Sequence record: PV287714.1
DNA length: 64,000 nucleotides
Reading direction: 5' to 3' (one strand)
Source of the DNA: Escherichia phage HMD-9
In this document: in pieces, positions 54,121 to 62,467 of the stretch
Layout: each line of letters begins with the position of its first letter
Position numbering within the stretch: position 1 is the stretch's first letter
Notes under the pieces: generated by a model
Database searches by the model: none
What the model saw: only the letters and a program-made list of their open reading frames with translations
Told to the model about the DNA's origin: nothing
Made by a program: the position numbers and the translations under genes

Positions 54121-54777
54121 ATGGCAGCACCTAGAATATCATTTTCGCCCTCTGATATTCTATTTGGTGTTCTAGATCGCTTGTTCAAAGATAACGCTAC
54201 CGGGAAGGTTCTTGCTTCCCGAGTAGCTGTCGTAATTCTTTTGTTTATAATGGCGATTGTTTGGTATAGGGGAGATAGTTTCTTTGAGTACTATAAGCAA
54301 TCAAAGTATGAAACATACAGTGAAATTATTGAAAAGGAAAGAAATGCACGCTTTGAATCTGTCGCCCTGGAACAACTCCAGATAGTTCATATATCATCTG
54401 AGGCAGACTTTAGTGCGGTGTATTCTTTCCGCCCTAAAAACTTAAACTATTTTGTTGATATTATAGCATATGAAGGAAAATTACCTTCAACAATAAGCGA
54501 AAAATCACTTGGAGGATATCCTGTTGATAAAACTATGGATGAATATACAGTTCATTTAAATGGACGTCATTATTATTCCGACTCAAAATTTGCTTTTTTA
54601 CCAACTAAAAAGCCTACTCCCGAAATAAATTACATGTACAGTTGTCCATATTTCAATTTGGATAATATCTATGCTGGAACAATAACCATGTACTGGTATA
54701 GAAATGATCATATAAGTAATGACCGCCTTGAATCAATATGTTCCCAGGCGGCCAGAATATTAGGAAGGGCTAAATAA
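54121..54777 (+). CDS. t: holin T
   Basis: 218 aa; recognised as T4 holin; single TMD then large C-terminal domain. Confidence 0.95.
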   Translation: MAAPRISFSPSDILFGVLDRLFKDNATGKVLASRVAVVILLFIMAIVWYRGDSFFEYYKQSKYETYSEIIEKERNARFESVALEQLQIVHISSEADFSAVYSFRPKNLNYFVDIIAYEGKLPSTISEKSLGGYPVDKTMDEYTVHLNGRHYYSDSKFAFLPTKKPTPEINYMYSCPYFNLDNIYAGTITMYWYRNDHISNDRLESICSQAARILGRAK

Positions 54778-55050
54778 TTATTTGTTTGTATACATCTCTA
54801 GATATCGATATACACCCTCAAAACCCTCGTTGAATTCGTCGATGAGGGTTTTCTTATTTTCTTGGGTTAATTCAGAAACAATTTTACGGAATGAATTCTG
54901 ATTCAATTTTCTACCTTCATGCGTTACTCCAATCTCATTCAGAAATGCGATAAAATTAACACGATTCTCAACAATATCTTCTCTGGAAAATTTAATCAAA
55001 ATAGATGCAACAGTAATAATTTCACGAACTGTATCAATGTTTTTATTCAT
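54778..55050 (-). CDS. asiA: anti-sigma70 protein AsiA
   Basis: 90 aa, near-identical to T4 AsiA as I recall it. Confidence 0.92.
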   Translation of the reverse strand: MNKNIDTVREIITVASILIKFSREDIVENRVNFIAFLNEIGVTHEGRKLNQNSFRKIVSELTQENKKTLIDEFNEGFEGVYRYLEMYTNK

Positions 55051-55078
55051 TAACTACACCACTCAATTAGTTGACTTT

Positions 55079-55111
55079 ATTATAATATCATCAGACGCTT
55101 GATTTGTAAAC
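55079..55111 (-). promoter_or_regulatory. early promoter for asiA
   Basis: Minus strand GTTTACA - spacer - TATTATAAT, about 29 nt upstream of asiA. Confidence 0.45.
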
Positions 55112-55211
55112 TGGTCTGTGTTATTTTCTTCAAAAATTTTTTCTACGAATTCCTTGAACGACTCACGTTCCTGAGCTACATTATGCTCGATTACCTTTTC
55201 AAGATTATGAC

Positions 55212-55490
55212 TCATTCGAAATAATCTTCAATTTCGTAATCATGGACATAAATCATTATAGTTTTTAATACATCATCAATACTTTTTCCTGGAGCTGGAA
55301 TTACGTAAAAATATCCTGCTTTTGAGAGGTCTTTATAAGTTCCAACCAAGAAATCATTATTCTCAAGATGTAGTTCTTCAACTAATTCATCGACAATTGA
55401 GTGGTATAAATTTGGTAGAAACTTATATAGCTTTTCTAGAATGTCAATTTTGATTGTATATTGAACCACAGATTGAGAATCAATAATCAT
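55212..55490 (-). CDS. arn: anti-restriction nuclease Arn (McrBC inhibitor)
   Basis: 92 aa acidic protein; size and position match T4 arn. Confidence 0.8.
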   Translation of the reverse strand: MIIDSQSVVQYTIKIDILEKLYKFLPNLYHSIVDELVEELHLENNDFLVGTYKDLSKAGYFYVIPAPGKSIDDVLKTIMIYVHDYEIEDYFE

Positions 55491-55573
55491 AGACCTTCCC
55501 CTTATGTTTTTGTTTGCGATTAGATTCTTTAAACGCTTTCTTCTTATCTTTATGAACAGAAGCTTTATTAAAA

Positions 55574-55792
55574 TTATGTTTTGCGACTAAATTGTTCATA
55601 GTGCTGAATTACCTCTCTTAAACATTTGCATGTGAATGAAAACTTTTTAGCTACACCACATTCAAATATATGTTCTCTTAAATCACTTGTATCAGTATAT
55701 CCCATCTCAACGATAAAATGCCGTATTAGATTTTTATCTTTATCATTGAGAGAATTAAAATAATCGGATTTTGAATTAATTTCCCTGGCCAA
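55574..55792 (-). CDS. hypothetical protein (arn.x position)
   Basis: 72 aa ORF. Confidence 0.65.
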   Translation of the reverse strand: MAREINSKSDYFNSLNDKDKNLIRHFIVEMGYTDTSDLREHIFECGVAKKFSFTCKCLREVIQHYEQFSRKT

Positions 55793-56072
55793 ATTGAATC
55801 ACCTTCAGTTGACGTTTTAGCTCTTTTATCATCTCTTCGTTCATCGCAATATAAAGATCGCGTAAAGCAGGCTTTAGCATTCCATTTATTGGGGAACTAA
55901 ATGGACATACATAATCTTTTCCTACGAGCTTTTTAGTGAATTCCATATTACAGAACTGAAATGCCGGTTCATTGGCATAAATTCCCCATTTAGTTGACAT
56001 CATTTTATTGGCATATTCCAATGCCTGGATTTGATTCATAATTCCATCAATTTGAAACTTTTTAATATTCAT
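55776..56072 (-). CDS. hypothetical protein (arn.x position)
   Basis: 98 aa ORF. Confidence 0.65.
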   Translation of the reverse strand: MNIKKFQIDGIMNQIQALEYANKMMSTKWGIYANEPAFQFCNMEFTKKLVGKDYVCPFSSPINGMLKPALRDLYIAMNEEMIKELKRQLKVIQFGQGN

Positions 56073-56533
56073 TAGTAAAGGTCCTCAGAGTAAAGTTCTT
56101 TTTCACTACCACCACGTTCAATACGCACTTGTCCAGCGTAAGTTGCAATAATCATTGCTTCTTCACGTGTCCAATAATTACTATATTGGTCAATAAACCC
56201 TTGGTCATCATCACAAACTTGCTGAGTAACTAATTGAGGTTTAACTACATCTAAAACTTCTGCCATATCTTTAGAATAATGACGAGCACCTGGAATAACA
56301 AGAGTTCGTCCATCTTTTAATTTAAAACGGTTGGCTGCGCAAACAATTCGTCGTTGATACTTTTGGTTTTCATCCCAGTATGCGGTCTGCCAACAGATTT
56401 CAGGAACTTCTGTAAGAATATCTTCTTCTGCGCATTTATAACCATGTGCTTTAAATTTTTCAACAAGACTTTCTGGAGTTTCACGAGATAAAGGAACATT
56501 CAGCATTTTTAAACGATTAATAAATGGGTTCAT
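56072..56533 (-). CDS. hypothetical protein (arn.x position)
   Basis: 153 aa ORF. Confidence 0.7.
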   Translation of the reverse strand: MNPFINRLKMLNVPLSRETPESLVEKFKAHGYKCAEEDILTEVPEICWQTAYWDENQKYQRRIVCAANRFKLKDGRTLVIPGARHYSKDMAEVLDVVKPQLVTQQVCDDDQGFIDQYSNYWTREEAMIIATYAGQVRIERGGSEKELYSEDLY

Positions 56534-56859
56534 TTAAACCATCCTTTAATACGTTGCCACAAAGTTTTCTGTTGAGCTTTGTTAACACCAATTGAGCGAA
56601 TAACTGGTTGAGATTCCTGAAATTCTTTATAATCAGCAAGGTAAATTTCGTAAGCTGAATCTGTAAAAGAACTTATCGCTGCCATGAAATTATTGCGAAT
56701 ACCTACTGGAGCATCTTTACTTTCACGAATAATCATGTATTTGCCAATCTTAATCTTTACGATGGTTCCAAGATAAGCTCCATGGTACCAGATATCCCAT
56801 CCCTCTTGAGTGGGTTCTGCACAACGACGAAGTTCATTGATAATTTCTAACTTGTTCAT
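56530..56859 (-). CDS. hypothetical protein (motA.1 position)
   Basis: 109 aa ORF. Confidence 0.7.
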   Translation of the reverse strand: MNKLEIINELRRCAEPTQEGWDIWYHGAYLGTIVKIKIGKYMIIRESKDAPVGIRNNFMAAISSFTDSAYEIYLADYKEFQESQPVIRSIGVNKAQQKTLWQRIKGWFK

Positions 56860-56869
56860 TATTTATTCC

Positions 56870-57505
56870 TCACAGTTCAGATGCTACGGTGATTACAGCT
56901 TCAATGTTTTCTGCCGAGCGTTTAATGTCAAGATACACATTGCCATTTTTAGCGATTTTACATGACATTCCGATATCAGTAAATTTCTGAATATGATGTT
57001 CCATCATTTTGTATCCAAAAATTCGCATATTTCCATTGTTGTTAATTTCAAAATTACGAATTCCGTGAGTGCGTTTTTCTAAAATAGCGAGATAGTTACT
57101 GCGATAAATTTCAATCTTTTTAACAACAAATCTGGTTTCATTTAAAAGTTTTATCATGAAATCTTTATCTTCTTCCATATCAGAAGTAATTTCACGAGCT
57201 TTACGAGTTGCTCGTTTTTTCAGTAGTTCCGGAGCATTTTCTTGTGCGTATAAAGTTGCTGCATTTGAAATAATATCCTGAGCTTCACCCGTAATGATTA
57301 ATCCATCGCCAGATTTCTCCACCAGGCCTTTTTTAATCAATACCCCAATATTACTATTAACTACTGCGTTACCTAAATCTGGATGCACCTCACGAACTTC
57401 TGCAGCTGTAATGAAATCTTTCTTAGCAATGGTAATTAAAATCGCAGCAGTTTTTTCATTCAGAACATCGTTAGAAGCTTTGATGATGTAAGTTACTTTA
57501 GACAT
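56870..57505 (-). CDS. motA: middle-transcription activator MotA
   Basis: 211 aa, T4 MotA size and sequence. Confidence 0.93.
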   Translation of the reverse strand: MSKVTYIIKASNDVLNEKTAAILITIAKKDFITAAEVREVHPDLGNAVVNSNIGVLIKKGLVEKSGDGLIITGEAQDIISNAATLYAQENAPELLKKRATRKAREITSDMEEDKDFMIKLLNETRFVVKKIEIYRSNYLAILEKRTHGIRNFEINNNGNMRIFGYKMMEHHIQKFTDIGMSCKIAKNGNVYLDIKRSAENIEAVITVASEL

Positions 57506-57545
57506 TTTCTAATCTCCGTAATTCTGTATCAGTAGTTGATAGTTG

Positions 57546-57576
57546 TATAGTACCACAGTATGCTTTGGTTGTAAAC
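57546..57576 (-). promoter_or_regulatory. early promoter for motA
   Basis: Minus strand A/T-rich UP, GTTTACA, spacer, TACTAT. Confidence 0.45.
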
Positions 57577-57607
57577 CGTTTTGTGAAAAAATTTTTGAAA
57601 TAAAAAA

Positions 57608-57627
57608 GGGAGAGCCTCGGCTCTCCC
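57608..57627 (-). terminator. rho-independent terminator upstream of motA promoter
   Basis: GGGAGAGCC..GGCTCTCCC followed by TTTTTTATTT on minus strand. Confidence 0.5.
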
Positions 57628-57633
57628 TAAAAT

Positions 57634-57783
57634 TTACTGCATGACTGTGATAACTGTCATGATAACACGTTGAATGCCGAACGCAAGAAGACCTCCTGCT
57701 ACGGCTGGAACAACACCTAAACCCGCCAGTAAAATGCTACCAGATACTAATGCCGCGCTTGTAATACCTATGAATGGACTCAT
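57634..57783 (-). CDS. small hydrophobic protein (49 aa), not in ORF track
   Basis: ATGA overlap with gene 52 stop; Gly/Ala-rich TM-like sequence. Confidence 0.5.
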   Translation of the reverse strand: MSPFIGITSAALVSGSILLAGLGVVPAVAGGLLAFGIQRVIMTVITVMQ

Positions 57784-59108
57784 TTGATTTCCTCTAAATC
57801 TTTGGTGTATTCTGTAACTACATCAGTAGTTTTCCAGTATTCGTTTTCTTCTTTTTTAGCTTTAGCTTCTTCAGCAAGTTTCTTTGCTTCATCGGAAGTC
57901 ATATGAAAAATGTTCATTCCAACTAGTTTATCAACATAAGAAGAATACATATCAATTTTAGAAAGTTCTTCAGTCAGTTCTTTGCGAGTTTTACCTTGCA
58001 CAACAATTTCACCTGAAATCACTTTCTTAATAAAATGTGCCTTGGCAAAGGCTAAACGAAATGTTGATTCAGTTTCTTTGATTTTGTTATCAATTCGTTT
58101 TTGGACATAAGTTTTACGAACTTCAACGAAGTCTTTGATTAAATCAACTACGTTATCGTAAACTTGTAGTTTTCCTTTCTCATTAATAACCGTAATATTC
58201 TGGGAACGACGCTCAATCAACCCAAAGTCTTTCATAATTTTTGCATGGCGTTCTTCTTCGTTATCGCTCAAAGAATATTCTTTGCGGAATTTAACTTTGA
58301 AGCCAAAACCGTGCTCACCACAAGCATCATCCCACGTAATGAAGCCTTTATCTTCAAGCGGGTCTAAGATTTTACTCACATAAGTTTCACGATCATACTT
58401 ATACGGAATCTCAGTGATATTCATTTGAGTTCGTGAAGTAAACTTATATGTTCCACGAATTTCATATTGTCCATCAATTTCAACGACTTCACCACGAAAT
58501 TCTGGGAATTCTACCTTCGGTTTAGTTACTTTCTTTCCTTGAAGAGCTTGTAGTACAGCTTTCTTGACAGAAGAAACACTATGAGGAAGAATGTAAGTTG
58601 CATAACCAGTTGCAATACCGGAAACGCCATTAAGAAGAACAGTAGGAATAATAGGCAAATAGAAAGCAGGCGGAATGTGTTCTTTATCTTGATGTACCGG
58701 AGCATATTCAGTATCTTTATATACGTTATAGAAATTTTTACTTACACGAGCAAAAATATAACGACTTGCTGCTGCCTTTTGGACAGTACGAGAACCAAAG
58801 TTTCCTTGACCATCTAATAGAGGAAAGTTATTATTCCAAGTGTTAGCCATCAAAGCACCTGCGTCTTGCGCAGAGTTTTCACCATGATGATATCCAAGGT
58901 CCGCTACACCACCTGCGATAGAAGCGAGTTTGTGAAACTTATCTTTATTTCCTCGTGCCAAATCAAGAGCTCGAGCAATAACAAATCGTTGAACTGGCTT
59001 AAATCCATCAATCATATTTGGAATAGCACGATTTTCAACCGTGTACATAGCATAAGCCAATGCTTCATTATCAATGATACTTTTTAAATCGCGATTATTC
59101 AGTTGCAT
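57780..59108 (-). CDS. 52: topoisomerase II medium subunit gp52
   Basis: 442 aa, position. Confidence 0.94.
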   Translation of the reverse strand: MQLNNRDLKSIIDNEALAYAMYTVENRAIPNMIDGFKPVQRFVIARALDLARGNKDKFHKLASIAGGVADLGYHHGENSAQDAGALMANTWNNNFPLLDGQGNFGSRTVQKAAASRYIFARVSKNFYNVYKDTEYAPVHQDKEHIPPAFYLPIIPTVLLNGVSGIATGYATYILPHSVSSVKKAVLQALQGKKVTKPKVEFPEFRGEVVEIDGQYEIRGTYKFTSRTQMNITEIPYKYDRETYVSKILDPLEDKGFITWDDACGEHGFGFKVKFRKEYSLSDNEEERHAKIMKDFGLIERRSQNITVINEKGKLQVYDNVVDLIKDFVEVRKTYVQKRIDNKIKETESTFRLAFAKAHFIKKVISGEIVVQGKTRKELTEELSKIDMYSSYVDKLVGMNIFHMTSDEAKKLAEEAKAKKEENEYWKTTDVVTEYTKDLEEIK

Positions 59109-59112
59109 AAAT

Positions 59113-59253
59113 TTACCATACTAGTGAATGTAGTGCCATAATAACATCAGAAATGAAAAGCACGACTTGAATTAATCCGAACATTATTCCGTAATATAAT
59201 GCTACCAATAAAGCAGCAAGGGCTAATGAATAGCCCAAGATTTTCTTAATCAT
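59113..59253 (-). CDS. small hydrophobic protein (46 aa), not in ORF track
   Basis: MIKKILGYSLALAALLVALYYG...; ends 5 nt before gene 52 ATG. Confidence 0.5.
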   Translation of the reverse strand: MIKKILGYSLALAALLVALYYGIMFGLIQVVLFISDVIMALHSLVW

Positions 59254-59404
59254 TAGTAGATAACAACACAAATGTTAAATATGCACACATACCCTGAGCT
59301 AAAGCTTGCGAAAACACACTGCTAGCATCGATACAGATAGTTAAAACACATGCTACTATCCAACAAATAAATGAAATAACTCCTAATAATTTCGCAATAT
59401 TCAT
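59246..59404 (-). CDS. small membrane protein, Ac-like (52 aa)
   Basis: ATG at 59404 with SD GGAG; single TMD; T4 ac position. Confidence 0.6.
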   Translation of the reverse strand: MNIAKLLGVISFICWIVACVLTICIDASSVFSQALAQGMCAYLTFVLLSTND

Positions 59405-59414
59405 AATATTCTCC

Positions 59415-59570
59415 TCAACTATTTTTAGAACCAATGTACGCGAATAATGATAAAATCGCTAATACGCCCTGAGCTGATGCTTGCAAAAATACTGAAGTTT
59501 CTCCAGTTATTACTGTTCCGATGCATAAAAAGAACCAACAGAAAAAGGCTATACCGTGAACAAATTTCAT
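59415..59570 (-). CDS. small membrane protein, paralogue of the Ac-like protein (51 aa), not in track
   Basis: Shares F.CW..C..T...SVF.QA.AQG pattern with the adjacent ORF. Confidence 0.55.
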   Translation of the reverse strand: MKFVHGIAFFCWFFLCIGTVITGETSVFLQASAQGVLAILSLFAYIGSKNS

Positions 59571-59577
59571 ATTTTCC

Positions 59578-59658
59578 TCACTGGCGTCCGAAGACGCCTT
59601 TAGTTTTAAGATTGTTACGATAGAACTGCATCACGTGTTCGTTATGGAAATTGCTCAT
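59578..59658 (-). CDS. stp: Stp peptide (26 aa), anti-restriction / PrrC-activating peptide
   Basis: Translates to [26 protein letters not shown], matching T4 Stp as I recall it. Confidence 0.85.
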
Positions 59659-60101
59659 TAATATGCCTGCAAAACAAATTTAAAATTATCAGCCAACATA
59701 CGGTTCATTTCTTCAAGTGTTTGATACTCAGAATGATGATTACGAGTAAACGCCAAAGCTAACTGACCTTTTCCAAATCCTGTCGTCAGAGGTTTCATCT
59801 TAGAAGCAGGCAGATAAAATACTGTGTATACCATATTGTTATTTGCAATAGTACGCGCAAGCTGAGACCGACGTTGACGAATATGACTTAGAACTGCACT
59901 GAACCCTTGCTTAGAACGCTGATTACCTACATAAAATCGTGCAGATACGCATGAACCATCGAATTCACTTACTAAAAAGTAAAATCCAGGTTTAGATAAA
60001 ATATCTTTATGCGGAGTTCCAAAAACCCATTCACCGCCCTTGATTGTACCAATAACAGTAGCGCCTGCATTATTCAGATCAGTAACAGTCATGTATTTCA
60101 T
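59658..60101 (-). CDS. ndd: nucleoid disruption protein Ndd
   Basis: About 147 aa from [13 protein letters not shown] with SD GAGG; track start 60149 is upstream. Confidence 0.85.
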
Positions 60102-60161
60102 ATTAATTTCCTCTAAATTATTTTCTACTCCAAGGCCGCATGTATTCATGCGGCCATTAAA

Positions 60162-60377
60162 TTAATCGTCGCAGTCGACGCTCAATTCCCAAAACTCTTC
60201 TACGGTATAAGTTTCAGTATCATTTTCAATACAGAAACGTTCATTACTGTTATTTGCTAAAGTAGCATTAACTGTCGGTTTCTCGCTAGTGCTCTTAAGA
60301 GGTGAAATACGAATTAACTGATCACCGTTATCTAAACAGAAAATTTCACCAACTTTTACATCTTTAAAACTTTTCAT
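60162..60377 (-). CDS. hypothetical protein (ndd.1 position)
   Basis: 71 aa ORF. Confidence 0.65.
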   Translation of the reverse strand: MKSFKDVKVGEIFCLDNGDQLIRISPLKSTSEKPTVNATLANNSNERFCIENDTETYTVEEFWELSVDCDD

Positions 60378-60385
60378 AATTCACC

Positions 60386-60493
60386 TCAAGGAGTATAAAA
60401 TCCAAACGCAGTTGTTGACCATCCCATCCAATATGGGAAATTTGCACCAATGTAAAACATAAGAATATAAAACCAAATGTTTAGTAAATTCAT
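60386..60493 (-). CDS. tiny hydrophobic peptide (35 aa), not in track
   Basis: ATGA coupling to upstream ORF; MNLLNIWFYILMFYIG... Confidence 0.45.
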   Translation of the reverse strand: MNLLNIWFYILMFYIGANFPYWMGWSTTAFGFYTP

Positions 60494-60690
60494 CATTTTA
60501 CACCATTCCAAATTGTTTCAACTACGGATTTTAAACCATTTTGATGAATATCCATTCCGACTACCGCCATCAAATAGATTCCAACTACAACTGAACCTAA
60601 GGCAAAAATCAGCATGAAAATGAATAAAGCCGGAAAAATATTATCGAAAAACCATTCAATAAATGTAAAAGCACTACGTTTACGCTTCAT
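60493..60690 (-). CDS. small membrane protein (65 aa)
   Basis: ATG 60690 with SD GAGGA; TM segment FPALFIFMLIFALGSVVVGIYLMAVV. Confidence 0.6.
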   Translation of the reverse strand: MKRKRSAFTFIEWFFDNIFPALFIFMLIFALGSVVVGIYLMAVVGMDIHQNGLKSVVETIWNGVK

Positions 60691-60697
60691 ATTTTCC

Positions 60698-60811
60698 TCA
60701 CATAAATCCAAAGTAAGCGTTTAATACATCAATCATTAAAACGATTGGGAATATACTCAAAACTACTAGTATTATAACTACATTCCATATAGCTTTAACA
60801 ATCTTTTTCAT
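60698..60811 (-). CDS. small membrane peptide (37 aa)
   Basis: ATG 60811 with SD GGAGG just downstream of an early promoter; track ORF is an upstream extension. Confidence 0.5.
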   Translation of the reverse strand: MKKIVKAIWNVVIILVVLSIFPIVLMIDVLNAYFGFM

Positions 60812-60839
60812 TTTCTGTTCCTCCGTAGTTGATAGGGTA

Positions 60840-60869
60840 ATAATACCACAGAGGAACAGTCTTGTAAAC
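60840..60869 (-). promoter_or_regulatory. T4 early-type promoter
   Basis: Minus strand GTTTACA - ~18 nt - TATTAT. Confidence 0.4.
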
Positions 60870-60876
60870 AACTTTT

Positions 60877-60975
60877 TTAAAAATATTCGTAATAAATGTG
60901 AATACCAATCACTACTGCCGAAACTTGTGCAACCCACCACGCACAAGCAATAAGTACAGAATTCAAAATTTTCAT
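60877..60975 (-). CDS. tiny hydrophobic peptide (32 aa), not in track
   Basis: MKILNSVLIACAWWVAQVSAVVIGIH...; coupled to neighbours. Confidence 0.4.
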   Translation of the reverse strand: MKILNSVLIACAWWVAQVSAVVIGIHIYYEYF

Positions 60976-61058
60976 AATAACCTCATCACAAAAGTAAATG
61001 TTAAACAAATTAATGGAATACTAATTAACCAAACAAAACACCACCATAATGAACTCAT
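60972..61058 (-). CDS. tiny hydrophobic peptide (28 aa), not in track
   Basis: MSSLWWCFVWLISIPLICLTFTFVMRLL; ATGA overlaps on both sides. Confidence 0.4.
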   Translation of the reverse strand: MSSLWWCFVWLISIPLICLTFTFVMRLL

Positions 61059-61327
61059 AGTTCAATCTCAGCGATTTTCATTTCATTACTATTAATAGCC
61101 GCTTTAAGACTATCTGAAAGAATTACATCCCAGTGGTCATTCATATGACCATTAACTAAACGTGTAATTTCTTCGGGAGTTGAAAAATAAGGCGTATCAG
61201 ACTCCCAGTGCGATAGTCCCAAGCGAGTATAAATCATACCTTCATCATCGATAGAATATTCAACTGACACAAACTCATCAGTTATTTTATGTTTAGCGTA
61301 ATAAAATTTAAATTTCATTTTACTCAA
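61055..61327 (-). CDS. hypothetical protein
   Basis: 90 aa ORF. Confidence 0.65.
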   Translation of the reverse strand: MSKMKFKFYYAKHKITDEFVSVEYSIDDEGMIYTRLGLSHWESDTPYFSTPEEITRLVNGHMNDHWDVILSDSLKAAINSNEMKIAEIEL

Positions 61328-61542
61328 TAATCCGCTAAAAGATCGACAATTGCATCACGAAGACACTTATTCGCAATACGTTTAAGAGCAATTTCAGTTT
61401 CTGGAGCATTTTGAATAATCATTGAATTCAATTCAGCCTCAGCAAACTGAAGTTCTTTAACTAATTCAGCTTTATATTTTCCTTGCCCTTTCTTAGCTTT
61501 TGCTCGTTTTAATTCAGCTGTAGTAAACATTTTATTCTCCAA
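61324..61542 (-). CDS. hypothetical protein
   Basis: 72 aa ORF; early promoter (61564-61594) upstream. Confidence 0.65.
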   Translation of the reverse strand: MENKMFTTAELKRAKAKKGQGKYKAELVKELQFAEAELNSMIIQNAPETEIALKRIANKCLRDAIVDLLADY

Positions 61543-61563
61543 ATCCGTATCAGTTGATAGTTG

Positions 61564-61594
61564 TATAGTACCACAGTCCTTGTGGTATGTAAAC
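61564..61594 (-). promoter_or_regulatory. T4 early-type promoter
   Basis: Minus strand A/T-rich UP, GTTTACA, spacer, TACTAT; near-identical to motA promoter. Confidence 0.4.
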
Positions 61595-61611
61595 TGTTTT
61601 GTGAAAATTTT

Positions 61612-62169
61612 TTAAATGGAAAGATACCATCCGTTGTAGTTGCTTTTTCTTACAACTTTACGAAGGTCTTCTCTATCACCGATGAACTTCGGAGTGTACT
61701 GGATGACACCTGGATGAATTTCTTTAGTGTTGAATATAATTATACAGTCAGCGACTTGGTGATTCAGAATGGGCCCTAGATTTATTCCAGAACCATATGG
61801 ATACTCTCCGCTGCATCCTGTTGTTACCGAAATCCAACGTGAGTCAGTTTGATGGGTTTTGACTTCTACACGAAGTCCGCAGTATCTTGGGTGCGCCAAT
61901 ACATCCCACGCATATGTATACGGGTCATTAACATCCTCTTGGCCTTTGTTAACATACCCGCTTAGCCAATCTGCTACAAAAAACTCTGCGTACACCGCGA
62001 TACGGCATCTTTCGATAACTTCTGCTTTATCCTGATTTGGATTTTGTTTTAAAGAGTATCTTGCTGTATCAGCAATTTTGACCTTCATTTCACTAGTCAA
62101 GTCACTGTTCGATAGGGTAAATGTCGGAATCTGAAATAGTCTCTGTAAACCCGGATTCGTTTTCTGCAT
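61612..62169 (-). CDS. denB: endonuclease IV (DenB)
   Basis: 185 aa; size and position match T4 denB. Confidence 0.75.
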   Translation of the reverse strand: MQKTNPGLQRLFQIPTFTLSNSDLTSEMKVKIADTARYSLKQNPNQDKAEVIERCRIAVYAEFFVADWLSGYVNKGQEDVNDPYTYAWDVLAHPRYCGLRVEVKTHQTDSRWISVTTGCSGEYPYGSGINLGPILNHQVADCIIIFNTKEIHPGVIQYTPKFIGDREDLRKVVRKSNYNGWYLSI

Positions 62170-62431
62170 TTAGACTTTCCTTTTTACCGCTGAGATAAGC
62201 GTTATATACTTTAAGAGTACCATAATAAATTCTGTCATTTTCATCTAAAGACTCACGGTCGAGTTCATCGAGTTCCTTTTTATCCATGACTATAACATCA
62301 TTACAGTAAAGAAACCCAAGTTTTTCGTGACCAAACTCAAATTTATTGCAGTACACAATATTAGCGTGATGATTTCCGTGTAGATTAATCTCTTTTATGT
62401 CGGAATCACCGATATTCATACAATAAATCAT
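62102..62431 (-). CDS. hypothetical protein overlapping denB 5' end
   Basis: 109 aa ORF; start uncertain. Confidence 0.55.
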   Translation of the reverse strand: MIYCMNIGDSDIKEINLHGNHHANIVYCNKFEFGHEKLGFLYCNDVIVMDKKELDELDRESLDENDRIYYGTLKVYNAYLSGKKESLNAENESGFTETISDSDIYPIEQ

Positions 62432-62450
62432 AATTTCCCTTAAAACAAAA

Positions 62451-62462
62451 GGGCCGAAGCCC
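62451..62462 (-). terminator. GNRA-tetraloop stem-loop/terminator
   Basis: GGGC-CGAA-GCCC flanked by A-run and T-run. Confidence 0.45.
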
Positions 62463-62467
62463 TTATT

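Noticed and set aside
60698-60946. 82-aa ORF as given in the track
   Set aside because: Its 5' two-thirds run through an early promoter and carry no SD; only the 3' 37 codons with a GGAGG SD were kept as a gene.
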